From Clostridia bacterium (GTDB lineage Bacteria; Bacillota; Clostridia; Monoglobales; Firm-18), in assembly GCA_045654805.1 (NCBI GenBank), contig JAZOOD010000066.1, positions 178 through 64,177 on the forward strand: DNA of 64,000 bases, given 5' to 3'. Made by a program: the position numbers and the translations under genes. Numbering within the stretch: the first letter of the stretch is position 1; each line of letters opens with the position of its first letter. The notes below the pieces were generated by a model. It ran no database searches. It was not told where the DNA came from and worked only from the letters and a program-made list of their open reading frames with translations. This document shows, piece by piece, positions 10,113 through 20,950 of this stretch.

Positions 10113-11886
10113 TTTTATTCTCTCCTCTCGGTTTTATTAAACATTTTTGCGAATAACCAATCAAATCTTCCCTGTTAGCTTTTACAAGTGCCTTTTCCAC
10201 CAACCTGTAATTTTCAGGGTATCTGTATTGTAACAATGCCCTTTGCATCTGTTTTTCATTAAAATTCTTTGGTACATACACACTCTGCATAGTCATAGGG
10301 TCAATTTCCGTATAATACATACAGGTTGAAATCGTGCCGGGTGTTGGATAAAAGTCCTGCACCTGTTCGGGGCTTAACCTATGGTCACGCAAGTATTCTG
10401 CTAACATTATTGCGTCATTTAACGTACTTCCGGGATGCGATGACATTAAATAGGGCACAACATACTGGTCCATACCAAGCTTTTTGTTGATGCTGTAAAA
10501 CTTATCAACAAACCTATCATACACCTTTCTACCCGGCTTACCCATATACTGCAAAACGTTATCGGAAATATGCTCAGGAGCAACACGTAGCTGACCGCTT
10601 ATATGATGTTTACAAAGTTCCTCAAAAAAGTCCGTATTCTTGTCATAAATAAGATAGTCATACCGTATGCCTGAACGTACAAACACCTTTTTAACTCCGT
10701 CCAACGACCGTAATTTACGCAACAATTTAAGATAATCCCTGTGGTCAACCTTCATATTTTCACAGGGCTTTGGATACAAACACTTTTTACCGGGGCAAGC
10801 TACCTTTTTGTTGCAGGAACTATGCCTGAAATTAGCAGTAGGTCCACCCACGTCATTTATATAACCCTTAAAATCAGGGTCCTTTATCATCAACTTTGCT
10901 TCCTTTAATATAGATTCGTGACTTCGTGCAGATATTTTACGCCCTTCGTGAAAGGCTATTGCACAAAAATTACAGGACCCAAAGCAACCTCTTGACGAGG
11001 TTATGCTGAATTTCACCTCTTCAATTGCAGGGACACCGCCATCTTTTTCATACAAAGGGTGGTATGTCCTCATATACGGCAGGTCGTAGACCTTGTCCAT
11101 TTCTTCCATTGTAAGGGGTGCCGACGGCTTGTTTACAATCAGCCATCTGTCACCGTGCTTTTGGGCAGTTTTGCCGTAATATTCATACTGAATTTTACAG
11201 GAAACGGCATATTCCATTTTATTATCCTTTACACTTTCAAAAGACGGGATTTCCTTTGCATCATCAGGCTTTTCCCTGCTTATATATGCAATGCCGTCAA
11301 CATCTGTAATATCATTTGCATCAACACCGCTGTCCAAAAGGTCTGCAACCTCAACAATCTGATGCTCACCCATACCGTATATCAGTATGTCCCCACGACT
11401 GTCAAAAAGTATGGAACGGCGTACCTTATTGTCCCAGTAATCATAATGTGCAAAACGTCGCAGACTTGCCTCCACACCGCCTATTATAATTGGGACATCA
11501 CCGTATGCCTCACGTATTCTGTTACAGTACACAACAGTTGCCCTGTCAGGACGCATACCGGCTTTTCCGCCGGGGGCGTAACTGTCTGTGGAACGAGTCT
11601 TTTTATTAACAGTGTATCTGTTAACCATACTGTCCATATTGCCAGCAGAGCATAAAAACGCCAGCCTTGGCTTACCAAGACGCATAAAATCATCCTTGGT
11701 ATGCCAGTCAGGTAATGCAATTATGCCAACAGTATAGCCCGCATCTTCAAGGACGCGGGAAATTATGGCGTGTCCGAATGATGGATGGTCAACATATGCC
11801 TCACCTACCACATAGACAAAATCCAACTGCTCAATATTAAGTTTTTTCATATCCTGTTTTGAAACAGGCAGAAAAGTTTTTGTCAT
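10024..11886 (-). CDS. ygiQ: YgiQ-family radical SAM protein
   Basis: [34 protein letters not shown]. Confidence 0.92.
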   Translation of the reverse strand: MTKTFLPVSKQDMKKLNIEQLDFVYVVGEAYVDHPSFGHAIISRVLEDAGYTVGIIALPDWHTKDDFMRLGKPRLAFLCSAGNMDSMVNRYTVNKKTRSTDSYAPGGKAGMRPDRATVVYCNRIREAYGDVPIIIGGVEASLRRFAHYDYWDNKVRRSILFDSRGDILIYGMGEHQIVEVADLLDSGVDANDITDVDGIAYISREKPDDAKEIPSFESVKDNKMEYAVSCKIQYEYYGKTAQKHGDRWLIVNKPSAPLTMEEMDKVYDLPYMRTYHPLYEKDGGVPAIEEVKFSITSSRGCFGSCNFCAIAFHEGRKISARSHESILKEAKLMIKDPDFKGYINDVGGPTANFRHSSCNKKVACPGKKCLYPKPCENMKVDHRDYLKLLRKLRSLDGVKKVFVRSGIRYDYLIYDKNTDFFEELCKHHISGQLRVAPEHISDNVLQYMGKPGRKVYDRFVDKFYSINKKLGMDQYVVPYLMSSHPGSTLNDAIMLAEYLRDHRLSPEQVQDFYPTPGTISTCMYYTEIDPMTMQSVYVPKNFNEKQMQRALLQYRYPENYRLVEKALVKANREDLIGYSQKCLIKPRGENKNGKNIGRQGGFPKNKGRTENRGGKPKKRR

Positions 11887-11887
11887 A

Positions 11888-12940
11888 TTATAAATCCAAC
11901 TTTAAATCATTTTCCTTTATCCAACCAATTTTTCTTAAAGGTAATGCAATGATTGGTGTAATAATTGCAGGCAATACAAATGAAATTGCAATCAAACCAA
12001 TCCAATGCATAGGTGTAACGGCTATACCGGAATTAAACCAACCTTCTATAGTACCAATCTGTCCAACAAGGCCACAGGTACCCATTCCTGAAGAAACTGC
12101 TGCACCGTTCATTTCCAATTTGAATATACAGGTTGCAATTGGTCCTGTAATTGCAGAAGCAACAATAGGGGGTATCCATATTCTTGGGTTTTTCACAATA
12201 TTGCCCATCTGCAGCATACTTGTACCTATACCCTGAGCAAAAAGACCGCCCCAACGGTTTTCTCTAAAGCTCATTACCGCAAAGCCTATCATATTTGCAC
12301 AACAACCTGCCAAAGCCGCACCGCCTGCAAGACCTGTAAGTGACAATGCCGCACAAATTGCCGCACTGCTTATAGGCAATGTCAAGGCAATACCAATAAC
12401 TACTGATACTATTATACCCATTGGCAACGGATGTAACACAGTTGCCCATTTAATTGCACTACCAACAGCGCTTGCTGCGGCACCGATATACGGAGCGCAT
12501 AGCATTGAAAATACAACGCCAACAAATATTGTTACAAAAGGTGTAACGATAATATCTATTTTAGTTTCCTTACTTACTAACTTACCAAATTCGGCAGCAA
12601 CTATTGTTGCAAACAAAACAGCTAAAGGTCCGCCTGCACCACCAAGTGCATTTGCCGCACCGCCAACTGCCGCAAGCGAAAACAATACCAAAGGAGGACA
12701 TTTTAAAGCATAACCGATAGCTACCGCCATAGCAGTACCTTGTGCGGATTTAGCATATCCACCTACTTCCACCAATACAGGTATATGTAGTTGAGTTCCG
12801 ATTGTAGAGATAATTGTACCGATAAGCAACGATGCAAACAACCCCTGTGCCATAGCACCCAAAGCGTCTATAAAGTATCTCTTGAAAGAAAACTCTATAT
12901 CCTTCTTCTTCAAAAATTCCTTTAACTTCATTTTCGTCAT
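11888..12940 (-). CDS. PTS EIIC-like membrane protein (PfoR-like)
   Basis: [35 protein letters not shown]; multiple TM segments. Confidence 0.8.
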   Translation of the reverse strand: MTKMKLKEFLKKKDIEFSFKRYFIDALGAMAQGLFASLLIGTIISTIGTQLHIPVLVEVGGYAKSAQGTAMAVAIGYALKCPPLVLFSLAAVGGAANALGGAGGPLAVLFATIVAAEFGKLVSKETKIDIIVTPFVTIFVGVVFSMLCAPYIGAAASAVGSAIKWATVLHPLPMGIIVSVVIGIALTLPISSAAICAALSLTGLAGGAALAGCCANMIGFAVMSFRENRWGGLFAQGIGTSMLQMGNIVKNPRIWIPPIVASAITGPIATCIFKLEMNGAAVSSGMGTCGLVGQIGTIEGWFNSGIAVTPMHWIGLIAISFVLPAIITPIIALPLRKIGWIKENDLKLDL

Positions 12941-13021
12941 CTCCTAAAAAAGTATAAACTTATTCAAGTATAACATAATTCTGCAAATTTTTCAAGACAT
13001 AAAATAAAATTTGGAAAAATA

Positions 13022-13050
13022 TTGACAAATAGACAAACATAGTGTAAAAT
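13022..13050 (+). promoter_or_regulatory. sigmaA promoter of rpsF-ssb-rpsR
   Basis: TTGACA-N17-TAAAAT. Confidence 0.85.
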
Positions 13051-13054
13051 ATTA

Positions 13055-13100
13055 TAGTCCTTGCGTGTGCTTATACACGCCAGAGTCCAGAAGGAGGTGC
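13055..13100 (+). promoter_or_regulatory. Probable S6:S18 ribosomal protein leader RNA
   Basis: TCCTT can pair with the AAGGA RBS and encloses hairpin GCGTGT...ACACGC; position is directly upstream of rpsF. Confidence 0.6.
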
Positions 13101-13106
13101 GAAAAA

Positions 13107-13406
13107 ATGGTTGAAGTAATCAACAAGTACGAGACAATTTTTATCGTAGATGTGACTAAAACTGAAGACGAAGTTAACGCTATCGTTGAAAAAATGAAGT
13201 CATTAATCGAATCCAATGCAACACTTGAAAGTGTTGACAGCTGGGGTAAAAGACGTCTTGCTTACGAGATTGACGACAAAACTGAAGGTTTCTATGTTCT
13301 TGTAAACTTCGCTTCAAAGCCTGAGTTTCCAAAGGAACTTGAACGTGTTTACGGTATTACCGACGGTATTTTGCGTTACATCACAGTAAGAAAAGATGAA
13401 AAGTAA
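13107..13406 (+). CDS. rpsF: 30S ribosomal protein S6
   Basis: KYETIFI and WGKRRLAYEI; RBS AAGGAGG, ATG at 13107. Confidence 0.97.
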   Translation: MVEVINKYETIFIVDVTKTEDEVNAIVEKMKSLIESNATLESVDSWGKRRLAYEIDDKTEGFYVLVNFASKPEFPKELERVYGITDGILRYITVRKDEK

Positions 13407-13421
13407 AAGGAGGTAAAGCAT

Positions 13422-13853
13422 ATGCTTAACAAGGTTATCCTTATGGGTAGACTTACCCGTGATCCCGAGCTTAAGTATACGCCTTCTAACGTAGCAGTAT
13501 GTTCATTTTCAATTGCGGTAGACAGACGCTACGCAAGACCCGGCGAACAAAGACAGGCAGATTTTATTAACATCGTAACATGGAGAAATACTGCGGAATT
13601 TGTTTCCAAGTATTTTACAAAGGGTCAAATGATTAATGTCTGCGGTTCATTGCAGACACGTACATGGGACGATGCACAGGGCGTAAAACGCTATGCAACC
13701 GAAGTTGTAGCTGACGAAGTTAATTTCTGCGGCGATAACAGAAACGGTGCTGCTCCTCAGGGAGATTTTGACCAGGGATTTGTTGCTAACACACAGCAGG
13801 CTCCTGCAACAGGTTTTACTCCTATTGACACTGATGATGATTTGCCGTTTTAA
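13422..13853 (+). CDS. ssb: Single-stranded DNA-binding protein
   Basis: NKVILMGRLTRDPEL and C-terminal DDDLPF. Confidence 0.98.
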   Translation: MLNKVILMGRLTRDPELKYTPSNVAVCSFSIAVDRRYARPGEQRQADFINIVTWRNTAEFVSKYFTKGQMINVCGSLQTRTWDDAQGVKRYATEVVADEVNFCGDNRNGAAPQGDFDQGFVANTQQAPATGFTPIDTDDDLPF

Positions 13854-13883
13854 TCAAAAGAATTTTTAAAGGAGGGTTTATTA

Positions 13884-14132
13884 ATGGCTGAAAGAGAAAG
13901 AAACGAACGTCCAATGCGCAGAAAAGCTCGCAAGAAAACTTGCCAGTTCTGCGTTGATAAGGTTACAGATATCGATTACAAGGATGTTGCAAAATTGCGT
14001 CGTTATCTTACAGAACGTGCTAAAATAGTTCCTCGCCGTATGAGCGGTAACTGTGCTAAGCACCAGAGACAGTTAACAACAGCAATAAAGAGAGCAAGAA
14101 TTATTGCCTTGCTTCCATTTACAACAGACTAA
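13884..14132 (+). CDS. rpsR: 30S ribosomal protein S18 (Zn-binding form)
   Basis: [28 protein letters not shown]. Confidence 0.98.
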   Translation: MAERERNERPMRRKARKKTCQFCVDKVTDIDYKDVAKLRRYLTERAKIVPRRMSGNCAKHQRQLTTAIKRARIIALLPFTTD

Positions 14133-14187
14133 TATTTTATATTACAGCATGGGCGTATGCCCAAAACAAAAATTTTATACAGCAGCT

Positions 14188-14217
14188 AAAAGCCGGTCAT
14201 ATTGACCGGCTTTTTTT
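14188..14217 (+). terminator. Intrinsic terminator after rpsR
   Basis: AAAAGCCGGTCA-TAT-TGACCGGC followed by T7. Confidence 0.85.
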
Positions 14218-14342
14218 ACGGCAAAAAGTCACATATATAGTATTTTTTACAAATGAAACTACAAAATATAATAATATTATACTAAAAGTGTTGACAAATA
14301 TTCTTGTTATAAGGTAAAATAAATTAGAGGTGTTATGTAATT

Positions 14343-14882
14343 ATGAGAGTAATATCAGGCAAGTCAAGAGGCACCTCTCTTTATTCGTTGGAGGGAAATC
14401 ACACACGCCCCACAACAGACAGAGTAAAGGAGTCTATGTTCTCTATAATTAATTTTCATATTCCTGACAGCATAGTGCTGGACCTTTTTGCCGGCAGCGG
14501 TGCTTTGGGAATTGAAGCATTAAGCCGAGGTGCGAAGAAGTGCTGGTTTGTAGAAAATTCACGCGCGGCGGCTGATATTGTAAAGAAAAATATTGAAAAG
14601 ACTAATTTAGGTGAAAATGCACTTTTAAAAGTTGTTGATTACAAAGCATTTTTAAACTCTGTTGATGAAAAATTTGACGTAATCCTGTTAGACCCGCCAT
14701 ACAACAAAAAAATGTGCGATGAGGCTATGAAGATTATATACGAAAGAAATTTGCTAAGTGATGACGGCATAATAATGTGCGAAACGGAATACCCCGAAAT
14801 TATAACCACCGATTTTGAAAAAAAGAAGGACTATAAATACGGTAAAATCAAGCTTTCGCTTTTTTTTAATAAGGATGATTAA
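14343..14882 (+). CDS. rsmD: 16S rRNA m2G966 methyltransferase
   Basis: [32 protein letters not shown]; upstream TTGACA-N18-TAAAAT. Confidence 0.95.
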   Translation: MRVISGKSRGTSLYSLEGNHTRPTTDRVKESMFSIINFHIPDSIVLDLFAGSGALGIEALSRGAKKCWFVENSRAAADIVKKNIEKTNLGENALLKVVDYKAFLNSVDEKFDVILLDPPYNKKMCDEAMKIIYERNLLSDDGIIMCETEYPEIITTDFEKKKDYKYGKIKLSLFFNKDD

Positions 14883-14883
14883 T

Positions 14884-15363
14884 TTGAAAAATATAGCTAT
14901 TTATCCGGGTAGTTTTGACCCGTGTACTAACGGACATCTTGATATAATTGAAAGAAGCTCCAAGATTTTTGAAAAGGTTATAGTTGCTGTACTTGTAAAC
15001 AGCAGTAAAACTCCTACTTTCACATTGGAGGAACGCATCGAGTTGTTAAAATCAGCAACAGCACACATTCCAAACGTTGATGTTATGGGCTTTAACGGAT
15101 TGCTTGCCCAGTTTGCAGAACAGCAAAAGGCAAAGGTTATTGTAAAAGGTTTGCGTGCGGTTTCGGACTTTGAGTATGAATTTCAGATGTCACTTACCAA
15201 TAACAAGTTAAACCCAAATGTAGAAACATTGTTTATGACCACAAAATCCGAGAATATGTACCTAAGCTCCAGTATCGTGCGTGAGGTTGCCCGTTACGGA
15301 GGTTCTATTGAGGATATGGTGCCTGCAACAATAGTAAATAAAATATATAAAAAATTTCAATAA
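14884..15363 (+). CDS. coaD: Phosphopantetheine adenylyltransferase
   Basis: [35 protein letters not shown]; TTG start after AAGGA gives 159 aa. Confidence 0.95.
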   Translation: MKNIAIYPGSFDPCTNGHLDIIERSSKIFEKVIVAVLVNSSKTPTFTLEERIELLKSATAHIPNVDVMGFNGLLAQFAEQQKAKVIVKGLRAVSDFEYEFQMSLTNNKLNPNVETLFMTTKSENMYLSSSIVREVARYGGSIEDMVPATIVNKIYKKFQ

Positions 15364-15376
15364 GGAGGATTTAAAC

Positions 15377-15874
15377 ATGGAAGGTATGGAAATGTTAGAT
15401 CAGTTGGAAGATATTATAGAAAGCAGTAAGACAGTACCGCTAATAGGCAAGGCAATGATAGATAAAGACGAGCTTTTGGACATTATTCAGGAGCTTAGAC
15501 TCAAAATGCCAGATGACCTTAAGCAGGCAAAATGGATTAAGGGCGAAAGACAAAGAATTTTGCTTGAAGCTCAAAAGGAAGCTACTACAATAATCAAGTC
15601 TGCAGAGGACAAGATTATATCTATGATTAACGAAAACGAAATTACCAAAAAGGCTAATGAAGCGGCGGAAGAAATTGTTAAAAACGCAAATAACCGTGCA
15701 AGGGAAATCCGCAACGCTACAAAGCAGTATATTGACGATGCTTTGTCAGATTCCGAAATGGTGTTGGAAAGAACTTTGAGCACACTTCGCGATAACAGAC
15801 TTGCTATGCAGCAGAACAATGCTAAAAAGCAGGTTAGAATTGAAGAAGTTGTTGAATCAAAAGACGAAGAATAA
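15377..15874 (+). CDS. Coiled-coil DivIVA/SepIVA-like protein
   Basis: LEDIIESSKTVPL, RLKMPDDLKQAKW, long coiled coil; conserved position after rsmD-coaD. Confidence 0.7.
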   Translation: MEGMEMLDQLEDIIESSKTVPLIGKAMIDKDELLDIIQELRLKMPDDLKQAKWIKGERQRILLEAQKEATTIIKSAEDKIISMINENEITKKANEAAEEIVKNANNRAREIRNATKQYIDDALSDSEMVLERTLSTLRDNRLAMQQNNAKKQVRIEEVVESKDEE

Positions 15875-15894
15875 ACAGGGGCATAAAATAATCT

Positions 15895-16527
15895 ATGAGA
15901 ATGCGTAAAAAGAAAAATGTACAACAACGTATTGATAAATGCACAGGTTTGTATGTACATAACCCTTTGGAATACAAAGGTAAATGGAACGGACTTTTTG
16001 GAAATGACAACCCTATACAGTTAGAAGTAGGCTGTGGTAAGGGCAACTTTATATGCGGTATGGCACAGGCACACCCTGACATCAACTTTATTGCGGTAGA
16101 GGTGTGCATTGATGTAATGGTTATTGCCGTAGAAAAAGCATTTGAAAAAGCTGTCCCCAATGTTAAATTTATAAATGTTGATGCACGGCTTTTGGCAGAT
16201 TGCTTTGCAGAAGGTGAATGTGACAGAGTTTACCTCAATTTCAGCGACCCTTGGCCAAAGAGCGGACATTATAAAAGGAGACTTACTTACAAGGACTTTC
16301 TGGATATTTACCGCACCATACTTAAAGATGATGGTGAAATCCATTTTAAGACAGACAATATGCACTTGTTTGAGTTTTCCTTATGCTCATTTGCACAGAA
16401 TAATTTTAAATTAAAAAATGTTTCCCTTGATTTACATAACAGTAACTTTGAGGGCAATATTATGACGGAATATGAACGGAGATTTTCCGAAATGGGCCAG
16501 CCAATATACAGGCTTGAGGCATATTAA
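15895..16527 (+). CDS. trmB: tRNA m7G46 methyltransferase
   Basis: LEVGCGKG, LNFSDPWPK, FKTDN, TEYE. Confidence 0.95.
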   Translation: MRMRKKKNVQQRIDKCTGLYVHNPLEYKGKWNGLFGNDNPIQLEVGCGKGNFICGMAQAHPDINFIAVEVCIDVMVIAVEKAFEKAVPNVKFINVDARLLADCFAEGECDRVYLNFSDPWPKSGHYKRRLTYKDFLDIYRTILKDDGEIHFKTDNMHLFEFSLCSFAQNNFKLKNVSLDLHNSNFEGNIMTEYERRFSEMGQPIYRLEAY

Positions 16528-17153
16528 GAGGAAAACCATTCCACGATTTTTAATTTAAAATTTATATCGCTTTTTGATGTAATCATATTATACTCATCAT
16601 ATGTGAGGACATTTTTCAGCTTAGTGTCACTCTCTTTGGAGAGTACCCCATTCTGGCTATAGTCAAAGCAAAGTTGTGGGTACAGCACACACCACCAATT
16701 TTTGCCTTCGCCTTTGCCGATTACAATTTTTAAAGCATCATACTTTCCCTTTGGAAATTGTGCATTTTCATAAGACTTTGAAGGGAAATTATAATTACCG
16801 AAATCTGCGGTTACACCATATGTGTAGCCGTATTTTTTTACGATTTTTTGTGCTTCCTCCTCTATTTTTTTAATATTATCCTTTAATAATTTTTTTGTCT
16901 CCTCTACACTGTCTGCGTCTTGTAAAACAGGTTCAAGAAAGTCTATTATCTCGTCGCGCACCTCTAATTTAAGTGCCTGATCCTCGTCTGTGTCACTGTT
17001 TGCAACTACGTGAAGCCTTACAACGCTTGAGGAAATATCCGCCATAACCTTATTGGAATACGACTGTACAGCACTGGTTATACACACTCCTATTACTATT
17101 GACATCATAAACATTTTCACTCTTTTGTTTTTTAAAATCTTTTCAAAATTCAT
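16524..17153 (-). CDS. spoIIR: Stage II sporulation protein R
   Basis: RLHVVANSD, DQALKLEVRD, GEGKNWWCVLYPQLC. Confidence 0.93.
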   Translation of the reverse strand: MNFEKILKNKRVKMFMMSIVIGVCITSAVQSYSNKVMADISSSVVRLHVVANSDTDEDQALKLEVRDEIIDFLEPVLQDADSVEETKKLLKDNIKKIEEEAQKIVKKYGYTYGVTADFGNYNFPSKSYENAQFPKGKYDALKIVIGKGEGKNWWCVLYPQLCFDYSQNGVLSKESDTKLKNVLTYDEYNMITSKSDINFKLKIVEWFSS

Positions 17154-17225
17154 ATAATTACCTCCGTGAAGTAATTGTTGACATTATTTTTCAGGTTCAT
17201 TCATACATAATAACGAGGTGATTTA

Positions 17226-17747
17226 ATGAATTACAAAACATACTGTATTTTAGGAGCATTATTCACAATAATTTTAGGAACAATTCTGCATTTTACTTAT
17301 GATATTTTCGAAACAGACTTTGTTGCCATTTTCAGTGCAGTAAACGAAAGTACGTGGGAACACTTAAAGCTTTTGTACTTTCCTGTGATGATTTTTGCAG
17401 TAATAGAATATTTTATATATGGAAAAAGGGTTAAAAACTTTTGGGCATCTAAAATGTTTTCACTTTTAATTGGAATGCTTACAATTATTGTGGTTTTCTA
17501 TACATATAACGGCGTCATCGGTGAAAGCAGTGCCCTATTTAACATTTTACTATTTATTGCAAGTGCAATATTTACATATTGGCTAAACTGCAAAATTATT
17601 GAAAATAGTTTATTTGAATCTCAAACCTTAAACAAAGTCTCCGTGATTGTGTTGATTGTTATGTTCATATTGTTCTGGATATACACATTTTACCCACCTC
17701 TTATAAACCTTTTCCGTGACCCTGTAACGGCAGGATATGGAATTTAA
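17226..17747 (+). CDS. Membrane protein (DUF6512-like)
   Basis: GTILHFTYD and VNESTWEHLKL; about 5 TM segments. Confidence 0.7.
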   Translation: MNYKTYCILGALFTIILGTILHFTYDIFETDFVAIFSAVNESTWEHLKLLYFPVMIFAVIEYFIYGKRVKNFWASKMFSLLIGMLTIIVVFYTYNGVIGESSALFNILLFIASAIFTYWLNCKIIENSLFESQTLNKVSVIVLIVMFILFWIYTFYPPLINLFRDPVTAGYGI

Positions 17748-17815
17748 TATTGTTTTTTTTATAAAAATGTGATAGAATATACATAAGACAAAACATCAGT
17801 TAAAAGGATGATATT

Positions 17816-18922
17816 ATGAAAAAAATACTTATAATAAGTTCAGAATACACGGGCAGAGGCCACAAGAGTATTACTGACTCACTTTGTGAACAGCTTAATA
17901 AACATAATGATATTGAAGTTTCTATATTAGAGGGCTTTAGTATGCTAGGCAAGGTAGGTATTAAAATAAGCAAATCCTACGGTCCACTTACACGCACTTC
18001 AAAAAAGGCGTGGGATATGACCTGGAAGTTTGTACAACATAATACCGACGCCATAAACAAGGCCATAAAGACGCTTATCAGCAAAAAATTTGCAGATATT
18101 ATTGAAGAAGAACAGCCGGATGTAATAGTTTCCGTACACCCTGCTTTTATAGGGTGCATACTGGACGTTATGGAAAAGAAGAACATTAAAATCCCATTCG
18201 TAAGTATGTATGCGGACCTTGTTTCCATCTCAAATTTGTGGACAGACCCACGTGCGGATTACAGCCTGTGCTATACTCAGGAAGCTATTGATTATTCATT
18301 GAAAATGGGTATTCCAAAAGAGAAAATCAAAAGATTTTCATTCCCTGTACGCGAAAGGTTTACATACGGCAATCCTGTAGCGGGCAGCCAAATTTTTAAA
18401 GCATCAAAAATTCCTACCTTCCTTATTATGAGCGGTGGCGAGGGCTCCGGCAATATGGTGGAGCTTTCAAGAATGTTGCTTAATAACTTCAACTGCCGTG
18501 TAAAAGTGCTTACCGGAAGAAACGAAAGCTTGAGAGAAAAATTCGAAACTACTGAAAAGGAAATGTACGGAGAAAGACTGGATATATACGGATTTGTTGA
18601 GGCTATTGAAGAGCTTATGCTTTCTAGTGACATAGCCTTTATGAGGGGTAGCCCTAACACAATTTTAGAAGCTATAAACTGTTGTCTGCCTATGATTATA
18701 ACAGATGCTCTGCCCGGTCAGGAAGCGGGAAATCCATGGTATTTTGAAGAAAATCATCTTGGATGCTTTGCACACGAACTTGACGATATTAAAGAGACAG
18801 TTAAAACACTTTTAGATAATGATGCAGAAAAATTGGCAGATATAAGAGAGCATCAGAAAGCATTCCGCAATCCTGATGCTGCAAAGGAAATTGCAGAATT
18901 TATTGTATCACTAGCACAATGA
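17816..18922 (+). CDS. MGDG synthase/UgtP-like diacylglycerol glycosyltransferase
   Basis: TGRGH, PDVIVSVHP, GGEGSG, PGQEAGN (GT28-like). Confidence 0.85.
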   Translation: MKKILIISSEYTGRGHKSITDSLCEQLNKHNDIEVSILEGFSMLGKVGIKISKSYGPLTRTSKKAWDMTWKFVQHNTDAINKAIKTLISKKFADIIEEEQPDVIVSVHPAFIGCILDVMEKKNIKIPFVSMYADLVSISNLWTDPRADYSLCYTQEAIDYSLKMGIPKEKIKRFSFPVRERFTYGNPVAGSQIFKASKIPTFLIMSGGEGSGNMVELSRMLLNNFNCRVKVLTGRNESLREKFETTEKEMYGERLDIYGFVEAIEELMLSSDIAFMRGSPNTILEAINCCLPMIITDALPGQEAGNPWYFEENHLGCFAHELDDIKETVKTLLDNDAEKLADIREHQKAFRNPDAAKEIAEFIVSLAQ

Positions 18923-18933
18923 CAGGAGAAAAA

Positions 18934-19578
18934 ATGAAAAAATACAAAAGCTTACTTTTTGACCTTGACGGGACAATTACAGATTCATCCGAGGGCATTA
19001 TAAATTCAATTATATATGCCCTTGACAAAATGGGTGTAACCGTTACGGACAAGTCTATATTAAAAAAATTTGTAGGTCCTCCTCTTATGGATTCCTACAA
19101 AAAATATTATGGATTTACAGATGCAGAATCAGAAATGGGTTTAAAACTTTTTCGCGAATATTTTGCAGTAAAGGGTATATTTGAAAACCGCCTTTTTGAT
19201 GGTATGGATATATTGCTTAAGGATCTTTATGATGCAGGATACCAACTGTTGCTTGCAACATCAAAGCCTGTACACTTTGCTAATCAGGTGCTTGAATACT
19301 TTAACATAAAACAATATTTTTCATATGTTTCCGCCTGTCCGATAGATGAATCCAACACTACAAAAATAGATATAATCCGTAAGGCTATGGATAATACATC
19401 AACGGCTGATAAATCGAAAATTATTATGATTGGCGACACCTCCTTTGATGTAAACGGTGCTAAAATATGCGGAATAGACTCTTTAGGTGTTCTTTACGGA
19501 ACAGACGATGCAGATGAGATGAAAAATGCCACATACCTTGCAAAGGATATTGATGAAATAAGGAATATTTTACTTTAA
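18934..19578 (+). CDS. HAD-family hydrolase
   Basis: FDLDGTITDS, GPPL, ATSK, MIGD. Confidence 0.9.
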   Translation: MKKYKSLLFDLDGTITDSSEGIINSIIYALDKMGVTVTDKSILKKFVGPPLMDSYKKYYGFTDAESEMGLKLFREYFAVKGIFENRLFDGMDILLKDLYDAGYQLLLATSKPVHFANQVLEYFNIKQYFSYVSACPIDESNTTKIDIIRKAMDNTSTADKSKIIMIGDTSFDVNGAKICGIDSLGVLYGTDDADEMKNATYLAKDIDEIRNILL

Positions 19579-19584
19579 ACCCCT

Positions 19585-19631
19585 GCATAAAAACAAACCC
19601 CTTGAAATATAATTTCAAGGGGTGATTTTTT
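19585..19631 (+). promoter_or_regulatory. sigmaE-like promoter embedded in a terminator hairpin covering the spmA RBS
   Basis: GCATAAA-N14-AATATAAT; hairpin ACCCCTTGAAAT-ATA-ATTTCAAGGGGT (19597-19623) followed by a T-run. Confidence 0.6.
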
Positions 19632-20205
19632 GCTCAACTACATATGGGGTGTAATGATAATCGTGTCAGTAATATGCGGTTTTTTAACAGGTAAAATATC
19701 TGAAGTTTCCGACGCTCTTATAACAGGTGCGGAAGATGCCGTAGCAATGACCATATCCCTTATGGGGATTATGTGTTTTTGGACAGGAATTATGAACATA
19801 GCAGAAAACACAGGGGTAACAAATATTATTGCAAAGATATTAAAGCCAATTACAAAAATACTATTTCCAAAGCTTAAGGACAAAAATGCAATAAATGCTA
19901 TAATTATGAATATGACCGCTAATATGCTTGGACTTTCCAATGCTGCAACCCCTTTGGGATTAAAGGCTATGCAGGAGCTTAACAAATATTCCGACGGCAA
20001 AACTGCAACTGATGAAATGTGTATGTTTATTGTAATAAATACTGCATCATTACAAATTATTCCCTCTACTGTGATTGCAATGCGGCAAGCCGCAGGTTCG
20101 GTAACTCCGACGGATATTATAATACCTGTATGGATATGCAGCATATGTGTTATAACCGTAGGCGTTATAACTGCAAAAATATTTTCAAAGAGGCAAAGAT
20201 GTTAA
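19630..20205 (+). CDS. spmA: Spore maturation protein A
   Basis: MLNYIW, FWTGIM, ANMLGLSNAATPLGLKAM; TTG start. Confidence 0.93.
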   Translation: MLNYIWGVMIIVSVICGFLTGKISEVSDALITGAEDAVAMTISLMGIMCFWTGIMNIAENTGVTNIIAKILKPITKILFPKLKDKNAINAIIMNMTANMLGLSNAATPLGLKAMQELNKYSDGKTATDEMCMFIVINTASLQIIPSTVIAMRQAAGSVTPTDIIIPVWICSICVITVGVITAKIFSKRQRC

Positions 20206-20723
20206 ACTATATTTCTGTACTTATTATGCCAACGATAATTGTACTGATACTTACAAACGGGCTTTTAAAAAAAGCTCCCTTATTTGACCAGTTTTTAACA
20301 GGTGCAAAAAGCGGGTTTTCCACATCAATTAAAATATTGCCCTCTCTTGTAGGGCTTATTGTGGCAATATCAATGCTCAGGGCATCAGGCTTTTTTGACA
20401 TAATGTGTGGCATACTTGCCCCGTTTTTGGAAAAGGCAGGTTTTCCTTCCCAGCTTGTACCTATGGCACTTATACGCCCTATATCTGGAAGTGCCGCCCT
20501 TGCAACAGTTAGGGATTTACTTAACACATACGGTGCCGACAGCTTTATAGGAAGGTGTGCATCTGTTATGATGGGGTCGTCGGAAACCACATTCTACACA
20601 CTTGCAATATATCTGGGCAGTGTAGGTATAACAAAATCAAAATACACCTTGAAGTCTGCGTTATTGGCAGACTTCGCAGGTATAATTTTAAGCGTTCTGT
20701 TTGTCAGACTGCTGATGTATTAG
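20199..20723 (+). CDS. spmB: Spore maturation protein B
   Basis: F..GAK.G, RPISGS, GSSETTFY; ATG at 20199 overlaps the spmA end. Confidence 0.92.
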   Translation: MLNYISVLIMPTIIVLILTNGLLKKAPLFDQFLTGAKSGFSTSIKILPSLVGLIVAISMLRASGFFDIMCGILAPFLEKAGFPSQLVPMALIRPISGSAALATVRDLLNTYGADSFIGRCASVMMGSSETTFYTLAIYLGSVGITKSKYTLKSALLADFAGIILSVLFVRLLMY

Positions 20724-20893
20724 CAACAGCAATCATCATTACAGCAGCGCGGTTCACAGCAGCAGTTGTTATTGTTATTGTCATTGAAAAGACAAATTAC
20801 AATAATAACGGCAATAATAATCCATATCCAGTCAAAACCGCCACTACCGCCAAAAAAATTACTGTTATTGTTACAGCAACAATTATTATTCAT
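20720..20893 (-). CDS. Small Cys/Asn-rich membrane peptide (57 aa), likely spore coat/exosporium-associated
   Basis: RBS GGGAGG 9 nt before ATG; 12 Cys; central hydrophobic WIWIIIAVIIVICLF; sigmaK-like promoter upstream. Confidence 0.7.
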   Translation of the reverse strand: MNNNCCCNNNSNFFGGSGGFDWIWIIIAVIIVICLFNDNNNNNCCCEPRCCNDDCCC

Positions 20894-20950
20894 AAAAAAC
20901 ACCCTCCCTGTTTTAGTCCATTACATACTATTCGGGAGGGTGAATTTATG

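Noticed and set aside
14226-14275. NrdR-like boxes upstream of rsmD
   Set aside because: Poor match at conserved positions in an AT-rich context.
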